A stretch of DNA of 64,000 nucleotides from Leptospiraceae bacterium (GCA_040217195.1 JAVJNR010000002.1:64001-128000); one strand, 5' to 3'. Counted from the stretch's first letter, positions 38,379 through 47,968 are shown. Program-made: numbers and translations. The notes: generated from the sequence alone by a model not told the origin.

Positions 38379-39236
38379 TCATTGAATAGAACTGGTGGAA
38401 CCTTTCCATTGTTCCATGAATTCCGTCAGGCCCTGGATGTATGTCAACGGAAATGCATTTCGGTCTTTATAAACAGCCAGGTAATCCTCCTTTCTGCCTG
38501 CATCAAGGATACTTCCAGTGTATAGACATCCCAATAGATTGTGGGATTCGGCTCTTTTTTTCCATTCATCTACAACATTGGACTCCTGCTGAAAGGAAAT
38601 GTCCTGGAACTGATCTTCATGCAACAGGGCCATTCCGCAGTACATGAGATTACCGGAAGATGAAAATCGCACTGCGGTGGATTGCATCGAAGATATCCTG
38701 GTGCCCTCTGCAATTTCCTGAAAACCGGTCTCTGAGCTATCGTGGGATCTGTCTGTTAGCATCAATAATGGTCTATAGGGCTCCAGGGAGTCTGCAGAAG
38801 GAATGCCTGGAGGCGAATTGTCTGTGGATTCCACTGCCGCTGCCGAAGTTGGTGAGCCTTTCTGGGAATGGGAGTTAGTTGCGATTGCAGCTAGCGAGAA
38901 TTCTGGAAGATAGATACAATCCGGATTAAGCACCCAGAAATAGCCTGATAGATCTGTTTGTCGTAGTGCGCCAGAAATGCCGCCTCCAGTACCCAGAATG
39001 GTGCTTTCTCGTGTGAATTGCAGAGTGAAATAGGGAAAATCTTCTAGATAGGAAATGATCTGATCGCCCAGGTAATGAGTGTTGATTGCCGCAAATTCAC
39101 ATCCATTACGGTGCAGCAGATAGAGAGTATGGGCTATTAAGGGAATATTCAGCACCGGTAACATTGGTTTGGGTCTGGTGCGGGTAAGTTCCTGCATCCG
39201 AGTTCCCAGTCCGGCTGCCAGGATCATCGCTTTCAT
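38379..39236 (-). CDS. murU: MurU-like N-acetylmuramate-1-phosphate uridylyltransferase
   Basis: MKAMILAAGLGTRM..LT...PKPM, INTHYLGDQI, LGTGGG; ATGA-coupled to amgK-like gene. Confidence 0.75.
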   Translation of the reverse strand: MKAMILAAGLGTRMQELTRTRPKPMLPVLNIPLIAHTLYLLHRNGCEFAAINTHYLGDQIISYLEDFPYFTLQFTRESTILGTGGGISGALRQTDLSGYFWVLNPDCIYLPEFSLAAIATNSHSQKGSPTSAAAVESTDNSPPGIPSADSLEPYRPLLMLTDRSHDSSETGFQEIAEGTRISSMQSTAVRFSSSGNLMYCGMALLHEDQFQDISFQQESNVVDEWKKRAESHNLLGCLYTGSILDAGRKEDYLAVYKDRNAFPLTYIQGLTEFMEQWKGSTSSIQ

Positions 39237-40225
39237 TTCAGGGCAGGCACCAGCTTTCGTTTGCAATCCAGAATAAAAAGAAATACACTATCGGGAAACC
39301 GTCCCAGATGCAGTGCCGCTTCAAGCTGAGTTAGTGCTCCTTCAACACATTCCAGGTAAGTGGTCTTGTTTAATTCAAGACCAAGATACAGATAACTACC
39401 CAGCGCCTTGAGGACTCGCTGCAGGCCCTGTAAATAGAATAGACCTCGTCCTTTTTCCAGACCGGCCTTTTCAAAGTAGTGATCCACACAGGCTTTCCTC
39501 AATTGCCGGGATATTTCTGTGTATGGATCGAATAGAAGACTTGCAAGATCGTAGTATCGATTGCCAGACCGAGCATCCTGAAAATCTATGATGGTGTGAG
39601 AATCATCCTTCATCATTACGTTGCGGCTGTGTAAATCGCGATGAACAAAGCAATCTGCGCTGTACTGCCCCAGGGCTTCGCAGGCCTCCAGTAGAAACAT
39701 CTTCAGCTCAAAGCTGGGAACTACATCGATTCCTTTTTCGTTCCTTAGTCTTTCCAGCCTTTCAAATAGAAATTCCATTTCCCAGTACAGTTTCTCGCGA
39801 TCAAAAGCTCGACTGGCCACAGGATCGTTCAACTCCAGGGATTGCATGGCAAGAATGGAATCTACAAGAGTAATATACTGGGACTCTATTTCTGATTCTG
39901 TGCGATGGGATGCTGATTTCCAGGATTCCAGATCCGAAGAGCCAGCATCTGACTGTAAAATAAGACCATCTCTGGCAGAGAGTGCCAGGATGGATGGCAC
40001 CGGAACATTCGCACCGGCCAGCTGATCCCGAACAGTGAGAAAATCATGGTTTTCAGCAATGAAAGGCTCTTCTATGCAGAGCACGGCTGAGACAGAATCT
40101 TGATTTGTGACTCTAAAGTATTTACGAGCGGATCCTTCCAGCCTGAGCGCCTGGAGCTCCTTGCCGAAATTATTCGCTTCTAGAAAACGAATAACTGGCT
40201 CAGAAGATGGATCAATCAAGGTCAT
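39233..40225 (-). CDS. amgK: AmgK-like anomeric MurNAc/GlcNAc kinase (APH family)
   Basis: GSARKYFR, HRDLHSRNVM, IIDFQDA, YDLASLL, QRVLKALG. Confidence 0.8.
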   Translation of the reverse strand: MTLIDPSSEPVIRFLEANNFGKELQALRLEGSARKYFRVTNQDSVSAVLCIEEPFIAENHDFLTVRDQLAGANVPVPSILALSARDGLILQSDAGSSDLESWKSASHRTESEIESQYITLVDSILAMQSLELNDPVASRAFDREKLYWEMEFLFERLERLRNEKGIDVVPSFELKMFLLEACEALGQYSADCFVHRDLHSRNVMMKDDSHTIIDFQDARSGNRYYDLASLLFDPYTEISRQLRKACVDHYFEKAGLEKGRGLFYLQGLQRVLKALGSYLYLGLELNKTTYLECVEGALTQLEAALHLGRFPDSVFLFILDCKRKLVPALK

Positions 40226-41429
40226 GAATCATGTTGCCCAGACGCTCAATGCCTTTGCGAATATGTTCCTCTGAAAGCGCATAAGAAATCCGAATGCCTG
40301 TGTCATCCCCGAAGGCCACTCCGGGAACCGCTGCAACCTCATAATGATCGAGAAGATGGGCGCAGAATACCCTGGATGCAGACTCATCATTTTTGTCTTT
40401 CATGATGGCCTGAAATTTTGGCTTTGCATAGATCTCTCGCAGATCGGGAAAAATATAAAAAGCACCCCCGGGAGCGAATGTGCGAACTCCAGGAATGCTG
40501 GAAAGCATACGCGTTACCAGGTCTCGTCTTTCCTGAAACGCCTTTCTCATTTCCACCACGCAGTCCTGACTGGATGTGAGGGCTACCTGGGCAGCCGCCT
40601 GGGCGATAGATGTGGCTCCAGAAGTGCTCTGACCCTGTATCTTTTCTATATTCTTAATGATGTAATCCGGTCCGGCTCCATAGCCAATCCGCCAGCCAGT
40701 CATGGAATAGGCTTTACTTACTCCATTAACTATAAACCAGCGATCTTTCAGTTCAGGAACCAGCATTGGAACGTTCAGAAATTTTCTATCATCGAATAGA
40801 ATGTGCTCATAGATATCGTCTGTGACCAGAAGCATATCCTCTCGTTCCTTTAATAGCTCCGCTAGCTCCTTAAGCTCTGAATCTGGATACACGGCTCCCG
40901 TGGGATTACTCGGAGAGTTAATCAGGATCATTCTTGTTCGTGGACTGAGCGCCTCTCGAATTTGCTGGATGCTGGGAATATATCCCTGTTCGAATCCGGC
41001 AGAAACAATCACTGGCTTGGCCTGAGCCAGTCGAGCAATGTCCGCATAGGACACCCAGTAGGGGGCCGGTATGATAACTTCATCGTCTGGATTAAGAGTT
41101 GCCTGGAATAGATTATAGAGTACCTGCTTTCCGCCTACGGACACTACGACTTCAGAAGGAGAGAAGCTAAGGTTATTATCCCTTTCAAATTTCTGTATGA
41201 TTGCCTTTTTAAGACCGGGGGTTCCGCCCACAGGTGTGTATTTGGTCTGGCCAGCTTCCAGGGCTTTCACGGCAGCTTGCTTGATGTGCTCTGGAGTATC
41301 AAAGTCAGGCTCGCCTGCCCCGAACCCAATTACATCTTTTCCCTGAGCTCGGAGTTCTTTTGCGCGAGCAGTAATTGCCAGAGTAGGTGAAGGCTCTACT
41401 GAATCCAGTCTATGTGCCGAGAATTTCAT
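40212..41429 (-). CDS. aspC: PLP-dependent aspartate aminotransferase (class I/II)
   Basis: GAGEPDFDTP, NSPSNPTG, DDIYE, SKAYSMTGWRIGY. Confidence 0.93.
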   Translation of the reverse strand: MKFSAHRLDSVEPSPTLAITARAKELRAQGKDVIGFGAGEPDFDTPEHIKQAAVKALEAGQTKYTPVGGTPGLKKAIIQKFERDNNLSFSPSEVVVSVGGKQVLYNLFQATLNPDDEVIIPAPYWVSYADIARLAQAKPVIVSAGFEQGYIPSIQQIREALSPRTRMILINSPSNPTGAVYPDSELKELAELLKEREDMLLVTDDIYEHILFDDRKFLNVPMLVPELKDRWFIVNGVSKAYSMTGWRIGYGAGPDYIIKNIEKIQGQSTSGATSIAQAAAQVALTSSQDCVVEMRKAFQERRDLVTRMLSSIPGVRTFAPGGAFYIFPDLREIYAKPKFQAIMKDKNDESASRVFCAHLLDHYEVAAVPGVAFGDDTGIRISYALSEEHIRKGIERLGNMIHDLD

Positions 41430-41567
41430 ATCCCTTTCTCAATCCGTGGGAGCCCCTGGCACTGCAAATAAAAAAGGGAGGATTAAAAAAAATGTGTCTC
41501 AAAAACGGAATACCAACTTCAACTGATTTGTCTGAAAATACGGATAATTGGTGATGTAAGAACTATT

Positions 41568-42086
41568 ATGGAAATTGCCCTGTTTGAGCCCGAAATACCT
41601 CCGAATACCGGTAATATTATCCGATTGTCCGTCTGTACGGGCAGCACCCTGCATATTGTAGGGAAGCCATCCTTTTCGCTGGAAGACTCTATGTTGCGCA
41701 GGGCAGGACTGGATTACTGGAATCTGTCCAGACTTACCAGCCATGAATCTCTGGAACACTTTCTGGATTTCTTGCAGCAGCGGGACAGTCAGAGCCGCGA
41801 TCAAGTGCGACGCAGATTCGTACTTACGACCAGATTTGCAAAAAGTAGTTTTACGGACTTTGCTTATGAGCCAGATCAAATCCTTTTATTTGGCAAAGAG
41901 ACCTCAGGTCTTCCGGATTCCGTGCGCGCAGAATTCTCGGAATTTCAGGATCATTGGCTCCGTATACCGGTTCATGCAGAGTGTCGGTCACTGAACCTGG
42001 CAAATTCGGTGGCCATAGTGCTATATGAAGCGTTACGCCAGCAAGGATTTCCAGGTTTGAATCTGGCCCCACCGTCCGATACATAA
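41568..42086 (+). CDS. trmL: tRNA (cytidine/uridine34-2'-O)-methyltransferase TrmL
   Basis: EPEIPPNTGNI, RRAGLDYW, FGKETSGL, RSLNLANS. Confidence 0.95.
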   Translation: MEIALFEPEIPPNTGNIIRLSVCTGSTLHIVGKPSFSLEDSMLRRAGLDYWNLSRLTSHESLEHFLDFLQQRDSQSRDQVRRRFVLTTRFAKSSFTDFAYEPDQILLFGKETSGLPDSVRAEFSEFQDHWLRIPVHAECRSLNLANSVAIVLYEALRQQGFPGLNLAPPSDT

Positions 42087-42090
42087 AGGG

Positions 42091-42972
42091 ATGGGCTCCA
42101 AAAAATTCAGCCTTCCGAAGGCGTTCTTCAAAAAACCTATTCTCAAACGCTCTGCCGGACTCTGCCTTACTCTTCTTCTTGGTGCCACCGCTCTGTTTCC
42201 CGGGGCTGTTTGCATCACAGTGGATGAGGAGGGAAATCCTTTAGAAGAGCGCAACAAGAATGCCTACTGGAATCTTCAGAAACTACCGGAAGGTCCTTTC
42301 TGGTCCGACGAAGATAAGAAAATACCCTTCCTGGTTGTAGGCTTGCCATCCGATCTTCCCCAGCGTTATATCCTGGAAAAGGTTCCCCAGCCTGCCGATC
42401 AGGGTCGCCTGGCTGCAGGCACTGCTTATGCGGCAGGCTATCTATTAATGACTATGCGAGAAAGGAAAGAGGATCCAGATTACATCTGTTCCCCTGAATT
42501 CATCTACAATAGTCTCAATGGTGGAAAGAATGTGGGTCTGGAGATTTTAGAAGTCATGGAATTTCTAAAAGGTGTAGGCTGCGCAGACCGAAAGGATTTC
42601 TCCACGGTGGATGCATTCATTCGCCCAGGGCAGGAAGTTATCGCGGCTGCCCATCCGCATCGTATTGAGGGATTTGCACGGGTAGATCTGGCTCGTCCCA
42701 CACATATTATGGCTAACTTGCTTGAAGGTCGGCCGGTGATCGTAACGTTACAGGTAAGCGAAAATTTTCTGTCTCTGGACGAAATGGAATGGCAAAAACC
42801 GGAAGGTTTACCTGTGGGCAGGCATACCGTGGCTTTGATCGGATTTGATCGTACCGAGGATGTCTGGATCTTTCAAAACAGTGCCGGTGAATCCTGGGGA
42901 CATAATGGCCGCTTCAGTCTCCACAGACAATGGTTTAGCCGCCTGGCTACGCAAGGCTATGTAGCATGGTAG
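42091..42972 (+). CDS. Papain-like (C1) peptidase-fold exported protein, probably inactive
   Basis: DQG, SPEFIYN, GRHTVALIGF, QNSAGESWG; catalytic Cys position is Gly. Confidence 0.8.
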   Translation: MGSKKFSLPKAFFKKPILKRSAGLCLTLLLGATALFPGAVCITVDEEGNPLEERNKNAYWNLQKLPEGPFWSDEDKKIPFLVVGLPSDLPQRYILEKVPQPADQGRLAAGTAYAAGYLLMTMRERKEDPDYICSPEFIYNSLNGGKNVGLEILEVMEFLKGVGCADRKDFSTVDAFIRPGQEVIAAAHPHRIEGFARVDLARPTHIMANLLEGRPVIVTLQVSENFLSLDEMEWQKPEGLPVGRHTVALIGFDRTEDVWIFQNSAGESWGHNGRFSLHRQWFSRLATQGYVAW

Positions 42973-43276
42973 ACTTGACGTACGAACTGAAGTAGCGACT
43001 CTGACGCACTCGAATACGGTTAATGCGACAGAGTTAGAACTTAAGTCACTTAGATTCGAACCAAAAAGCATTTCGCATCGCTAAGTTTGCGATCCAGAGG
43101 TCTGTAGCCGCAGGCCGTATTCAGTCAAGAAATGAATTATCAGATTCGGTGGTAGCACTTCCGGATCAGGGTTGGCAGGCATTGCCTGCTTAACCCGGCA
43201 TACCCAGGAAAAGGTATGCGAATCGGAGCTGGGACTGAAGTCTCTCAGCAAGACTCTACAAAGGCAGGTGGTGAAC

Positions 43277-44425
43277 TTGATACTAGGAGTACCTAAAGAG
43301 ATCATTGAAGGGGAGAAGCGGGTAGGTATTGTACCCGAAAGTCTTGCTAAGCTTTCCTCCCTTGGATTCGAAATTCGCGTGGAGAAAGATGCAGGTAAGG
43401 AAGCTGGCTTTCTCGATTCGGATTATGAAGCGCATGGTGCGAAGATCGTTTCAGGAGCGCAGGAGCTCTACTCTTCAGCAGATGTGATTGTAAAAGTCGA
43501 ACGCCCGGAACAACATCCGGAGGCTGGCAAACATGAACTTGAACTCATGAAAAAGGGAGCTGTGCTTGTATGCTTTATGGCTCCTTTGAACTATCCGGAG
43601 CTCTCCAGGAAAGCTGCTCAGGCAGGAGTGGACGTGCTGTCCATGAATGACATTCCGAGGATAACTCGTGCACAGAGAATGGATGCTTTGAGTTCTCAGA
43701 CGAATCTGGCCGGGTATAAAGCGGTGCTCATGGGAGCGAATGCTCTGCGTAAGATCTTTCCTCTATTGATGACAGCTGCCGGAACCATTAGTCCGGCAAG
43801 AGTTGTTATTCTGGGGGCCGGTGTAGCCGGTTTGCAGGCAATTGCTACTGCTCGTCGATTGGGAGCTGTTGTTGAAGTTAGTGATGTCCGGCCTGCTGTG
43901 AAGGAGCAGGTTGAATCCCTGGGTGGAAAGTACATCGAACCTCCTCAGGATGAAACCCTGGAGGGCGAAGGCGGTTATGCCAAGGAAGCATCCGAGGAAT
44001 ATCTACAGAAGCAACAGGAATTGCTGAAGAAGCATATTGCTGAAGCGGACGTTGTCATTACCACAGCCCAGGTTCCTGGAAAGAAAGCGCCGGTATTGAT
44101 CTCTGAAGAAACGGTAAAATCCATGAGGCCCGGTTCGGTGATTGTGGATATGGCGGCCGGCACGGGCGGTAACTGCGCCATTACAGAGGCAGGCAAAGAG
44201 GTGAGGAAACATGAGGTTACCATTATAGGCGAAACCAACATCATCTCACTTGTGGCTTTCAATGCCAGCCAGCTTTACTCCAGAAACGTACTGGCTTTGC
44301 TTCAATCACTGACCAAAGAGAATCAGGTGGTTCTGGATCTGGAAGATGAAATTGTAAAAGGCGCCCTGATAACCAGGGAGGGCCAGGTAATTCACGAGAA
44401 TACAAAGAAGCTGCTGGGCGAATAG
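43277..44425 (+). CDS. pntAA: NAD(P) transhydrogenase subunit alpha part 1
   Basis: ILGVPKE, PRITRAQRMDALSSQ, GAGVAGL, GGYAKE; TTG start at 43277. Confidence 0.95.
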   Translation: MILGVPKEIIEGEKRVGIVPESLAKLSSLGFEIRVEKDAGKEAGFLDSDYEAHGAKIVSGAQELYSSADVIVKVERPEQHPEAGKHELELMKKGAVLVCFMAPLNYPELSRKAAQAGVDVLSMNDIPRITRAQRMDALSSQTNLAGYKAVLMGANALRKIFPLLMTAAGTISPARVVILGAGVAGLQAIATARRLGAVVEVSDVRPAVKEQVESLGGKYIEPPQDETLEGEGGYAKEASEEYLQKQQELLKKHIAEADVVITTAQVPGKKAPVLISEETVKSMRPGSVIVDMAAGTGGNCAITEAGKEVRKHEVTIIGETNIISLVAFNASQLYSRNVLALLQSLTKENQVVLDLEDEIVKGALITREGQVIHENTKKLLGE

Positions 44426-44442
44426 CAGCAAAGGGAGACTAC

Positions 44443-44766
44443 ATGGAAGCACATGAGCTTATTATGCTGATCACGGTGTTCGTACTGGCCGTGTTTCTGG
44501 GATTTGAATTAATATCAAGAGTACCCCCTACTCTGCACACTCCTTTGATGTCCGGAAGTAATGCCATTTCCGGGATCACTCTGGTAGGAGCAATGCTGAG
44601 TGCAGGCGCAGATGCCACCGGCTCTGTGCTATTTCAAATTGGATCCGTGGAGGTGAGTATCACTTCATTACTCGGATTTATGGCAGTGGTTTTTGCCACC
44701 ATTAACGTCATCGGTGGGTTTCTGGTTACGGACCGGATGCACCGGATGTTCAACAAAAGGAAATAA
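44443..44766 (+). CDS. pntAB: NAD(P) transhydrogenase subunit alpha part 2
   Basis: VPPTLHTPLMSGSNAISGI, GGFLVTDRM. Confidence 0.95.
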   Translation: MEAHELIMLITVFVLAVFLGFELISRVPPTLHTPLMSGSNAISGITLVGAMLSAGADATGSVLFQIGSVEVSITSLLGFMAVVFATINVIGGFLVTDRMHRMFNKRK

Positions 44767-44781
44767 GGGGACGTACACGGA

Positions 44782-46230
44782 ATGCATCGAGAGGACATAC
44801 TCATAATAGCATATCTGATATCGTCTGTATTATTTATTGTCGGTATCAAGAATCTTTCAGCCGTGAAGACGGCCCGTCGCGGGAATCTCCTGGCGGCCCT
44901 GGGCATGCTTCTAGCTGTTGTTGTAACCCTGTGGGATCAGAAGATCATCGGGTTTGAATTGATCATCGCAGGGGTGATCCTGGGCTCATTGATAGGCGCT
45001 GTAATGGCTGTGAAAGTCGCCATGACCGGAATGCCTCAAATGGTAGCTCTATTGAATGGATTTGGAGGCGCCGCATCTTTGCTGGTAGCCAACGCCGAAT
45101 TCTTCCATGAAATGCACAGACAGGGGCCGGCCAACTACGATCCGGCCATCGCTACCGCGGTGAGCATTGTGCTTTCAGTGCTGATTGGAGGGGTGACCTT
45201 CACTGGATCACTGATCGCTTTTGGAAAGCTCCAGGGGCTGGTTACAGAGAAATCGGTAATGTTTCCGCTGCAGCATGCTTTGAATGCTCTGCTGATTCTA
45301 ATCGCTTTCACTCTGGGCATTTTTATGGCCATGGGCAACGATGGAGTAAGCGTTCTTCAGTCCATCGGCCTGGGCTTCTTTGACCTGGACGTTCTGGCCT
45401 ATACCATTGCAGGTATCGCACTCTTTCTGGGCATACTTCTGGTAATCCCGATTGGTGGAGCGGATATGCCAGTAGTGATTTCACTGCTTAACTCTTATTC
45501 TGGTATCGCAGCGGCTACCACAGGATTCGTTCTGGGTAATACAGTGCTCATCATTACCGGTTCTCTGGTTGGCGCTTCGGGAATTATTCTAACGCAAATC
45601 ATGTGTAAGAGTATGAACCGCTCGTTGATCAACGTATTGCTGGGAGGATTCGGCCAGACTCCAACAGCTGCGGCCGGCGAAGCCAAAGAGATTACGATCA
45701 AAGAGATTGGTGTGGAAGAAGCAGCCATGGTTTTTGAATCAGCACGAAACGTAGTTATCGTGCCTGGATATGGTATGGCCGTGGCTCAGGCTCAACACGT
45801 AGTTCGTGAGCTATCCGAGCTGTTGGAGAAGCATGGATCGAAAGTTCGTTTTGCAATCCATCCTGTAGCAGGTCGGATGCCTGGACATATGAACGTCCTG
45901 CTGGCAGAAGCCAATGTTCCATATGAGAAGCTTCTGGAAATGGATCAGATCAACGATGATTTTTCCAATACGGATCTGGCGCTGGTTATTGGTGCTAACG
46001 ATGTAACCAATCCCGCAGCCAGACACAACGAAGCCAGCCCCATATATGGCATGCCCATTTTGAATGTAGATAAGGCTCAGACCGTCGTTGTGATCAAGCG
46101 ATCCATGCGTTCCGGCTATGCAGGCATCGACAATGAGCTGTACGGCTACGATAATTGTCTGATGTATTTCGGAGATGCAAAAGAAGCAATCTCCAAGTTG
46201 ATTGCTGAAATCAAAGCAAACATTTCCTGA
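44782..46230 (+). CDS. pntB: NAD(P) transhydrogenase subunit beta
   Basis: IGGADMPVVISLLNSYSG, HPVAGRMPGHMNVLLAEA, GANDVTNP. Confidence 0.97.
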   Translation: MHREDILIIAYLISSVLFIVGIKNLSAVKTARRGNLLAALGMLLAVVVTLWDQKIIGFELIIAGVILGSLIGAVMAVKVAMTGMPQMVALLNGFGGAASLLVANAEFFHEMHRQGPANYDPAIATAVSIVLSVLIGGVTFTGSLIAFGKLQGLVTEKSVMFPLQHALNALLILIAFTLGIFMAMGNDGVSVLQSIGLGFFDLDVLAYTIAGIALFLGILLVIPIGGADMPVVISLLNSYSGIAAATTGFVLGNTVLIITGSLVGASGIILTQIMCKSMNRSLINVLLGGFGQTPTAAAGEAKEITIKEIGVEEAAMVFESARNVVIVPGYGMAVAQAQHVVRELSELLEKHGSKVRFAIHPVAGRMPGHMNVLLAEANVPYEKLLEMDQINDDFSNTDLALVIGANDVTNPAARHNEASPIYGMPILNVDKAQTVVVIKRSMRSGYAGIDNELYGYDNCLMYFGDAKEAISKLIAEIKANIS

Positions 46231-46253
46231 TTCATCATATTCTTCAGGAAGAA

Positions 46254-46282
46254 GGCGGGCTGCAGGGCTCGCCTTTTTTTTT
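46254..46282 (+). terminator. Intrinsic terminator of pnt operon
   Basis: GGCGGGC-TGCAGG-GCTCGCC hairpin followed by T9. Confidence 0.85.
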
Positions 46283-47135
46283 GCATTGAGAATTGTGTAG
46301 ATGGCCCGGAATGCAAATGCAGTTGCCGGGCGATGTTCTTTCCGGATTAGAGAAGCAGACCAACCGGGTAAAGGCGCTGAGCGAGCAGACCAGTATGCTG
46401 GTTCGAGATCCGAGAATCGAAGAGGACCGGGTCGGCCAAGATTTGGATTTGCAGAGGAATCCATTACAAACCAGAATCAAAACGGCACCTGGAGTTTCTC
46501 TGGCGAAGAAGAACGAAACATCTAAAATGGATGGCGGATGTGGCTCGGACGGTCTGCAACGCAAAGATCTCTGAGTTCCCGTAGCTCGATCATTCCAGGT
46601 GTACTATGGCACTATGGATCTCTAGAGCTGTAGTGCATTCAGAAGATCAAAATAGGGCACCTGATACCATGGACGATTCTCATCGTAGGATGCAATGTAT
46701 TGCCCGAGAGATCGCAGAAGCAATCGAGGAAGGGCGGAGCTCTGAGGTGCCCGGTAAGAGGGAGAACCGGGTCGACTGTTTCAAGAGATTGCAGAAAGCT
46801 TCGCCGAGTACGAGCGCTACTCAGAAAGGGCCGTACTGACCTATCTAGCATTTCAAAGAAATTGAATGCGATACTGAAATGAAAGCCCCTGCCTACACGG
46901 GGGCGGAAGTTGAACTGAAAATCGAATGGGAACCCAAATTGAATCCGTAGCCTTCAGGGAACTGAAAGGGGAAAGCGAAATTATTGAGACAAGCGATTAC
47001 GATAACGATACCGGTAGCGGAAATGAAAACTCGGGCTATGACTATAGCCGCAGCCGATGGTTCCGGTGAACCTGAAGGGAGTTCTCAGTCCAGGCCCGGT
47101 TCAGTGTTATCGAGAGAAACGGATACTGTGACAAT

Positions 47136-47163
47136 GAAAGAAACGGCCTGTGCGAGCAGGCCG
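47136..47163 (-). terminator. Intrinsic terminator for the 47210-47968 gene
   Basis: CGGCCTG/CAGGCCG 7-bp stem followed on the minus strand by TTTCTTTC. Confidence 0.65.
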
Positions 47164-47209
47164 GTCTTAGGATGGCGCGGAACTGTCAGAGCACTGTCCG
47201 GCAATGATA

Positions 47210-47968
47210 TCAGGCAGATTCCGGATACGACAGTTTAAGCTTTCGGCTCAGAATCCAGGAGTCTCCGGACTTTATCTCATAAATGTATTCGGACAGCTGA
47301 CCTTTAGCGTTGTATATATGACGGCATCTTTCTGTACCCGAGGGAGTGGAACGAAGTCTCTCTACCAGTTTGCCAGTCTTATCATATTTGAAGCTGATGT
47401 TTGCCAGAGTTTCACCGGTGGATGCCGTGAACATTACCTGTGTAATATTTCGACCGTTTAATTCAATGGCTATGGCATCACGAGTGTCGGAGCTGACCTC
47501 CACTCCGGTAATTTGGCCTGGACTGTATTTGAATGAATGCAGCAGCGCTCGTTCACCTTTTTCATCCATGTAGGCTATGGACTTCAATCGATCCTGGTAA
47601 TACTCACGAACTTCGGAGGAAATTAGTTCTCCCTTGTTGTTGTAGAGCTTTTGCGTGATTGGTCGGCCTGCCTCATATTCGTAGACGGACTTCCCTTTAT
47701 TGGAGCCGGAAGCATCATAAAAAATCTCTTCCACCAGTCGCCCTCGCTGGTCGTATTTCAGTACCGCTTTTTCTGTTTCCGCACCTTTCTCGTCTATAGC
47801 GGTGATGGTGGATGGGCCGGTGAGTCCATCTTGCATGATGTAAGGTGCCAGCGGTGACCACCGGGCCGGGTTATAGGAGGCACTGGCCTCCGTGTTGGCT
47901 CCTGCAGGAATTCCGTGTAGAGTAAGGAGCATTGCTCCGATTGTTAATGCGAATAGGGTCCGTTTCAT
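47210..47968 (-). CDS. Secreted protein with YD/RHS-like beta-hairpin repeats
   Basis: Signal peptide; KYDQRGRLVEE, KYDKTGKLVER, YNAKGQLSE repeats. Confidence 0.75.
   Translation of the reverse strand: MKRTLFALTIGAMLLTLHGIPAGANTEASASYNPARWSPLAPYIMQDGLTGPSTITAIDEKGAETEKAVLKYDQRGRLVEEIFYDASGSNKGKSVYEYEAGRPITQKLYNNKGELISSEVREYYQDRLKSIAYMDEKGERALLHSFKYSPGQITGVEVSSDTRDAIAIELNGRNITQVMFTASTGETLANISFKYDKTGKLVERLRSTPSGTERCRHIYNAKGQLSEYIYEIKSGDSWILSRKLKLSYPESA

Noticed and set aside
42973..43276. Rex operator or riboswitch upstream of pntAA
   Set aside because: No TTGTGAA-N4-TTCACAA palindrome or recognisable riboswitch core was found.
46293..47238. Short ORFs (60-106 aa) in the long spacer
   Set aside because: No family motifs or clear ribosome-binding sites; compositions reflect the periodic low-complexity DNA. 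Small proteins cannot be fully excluded.
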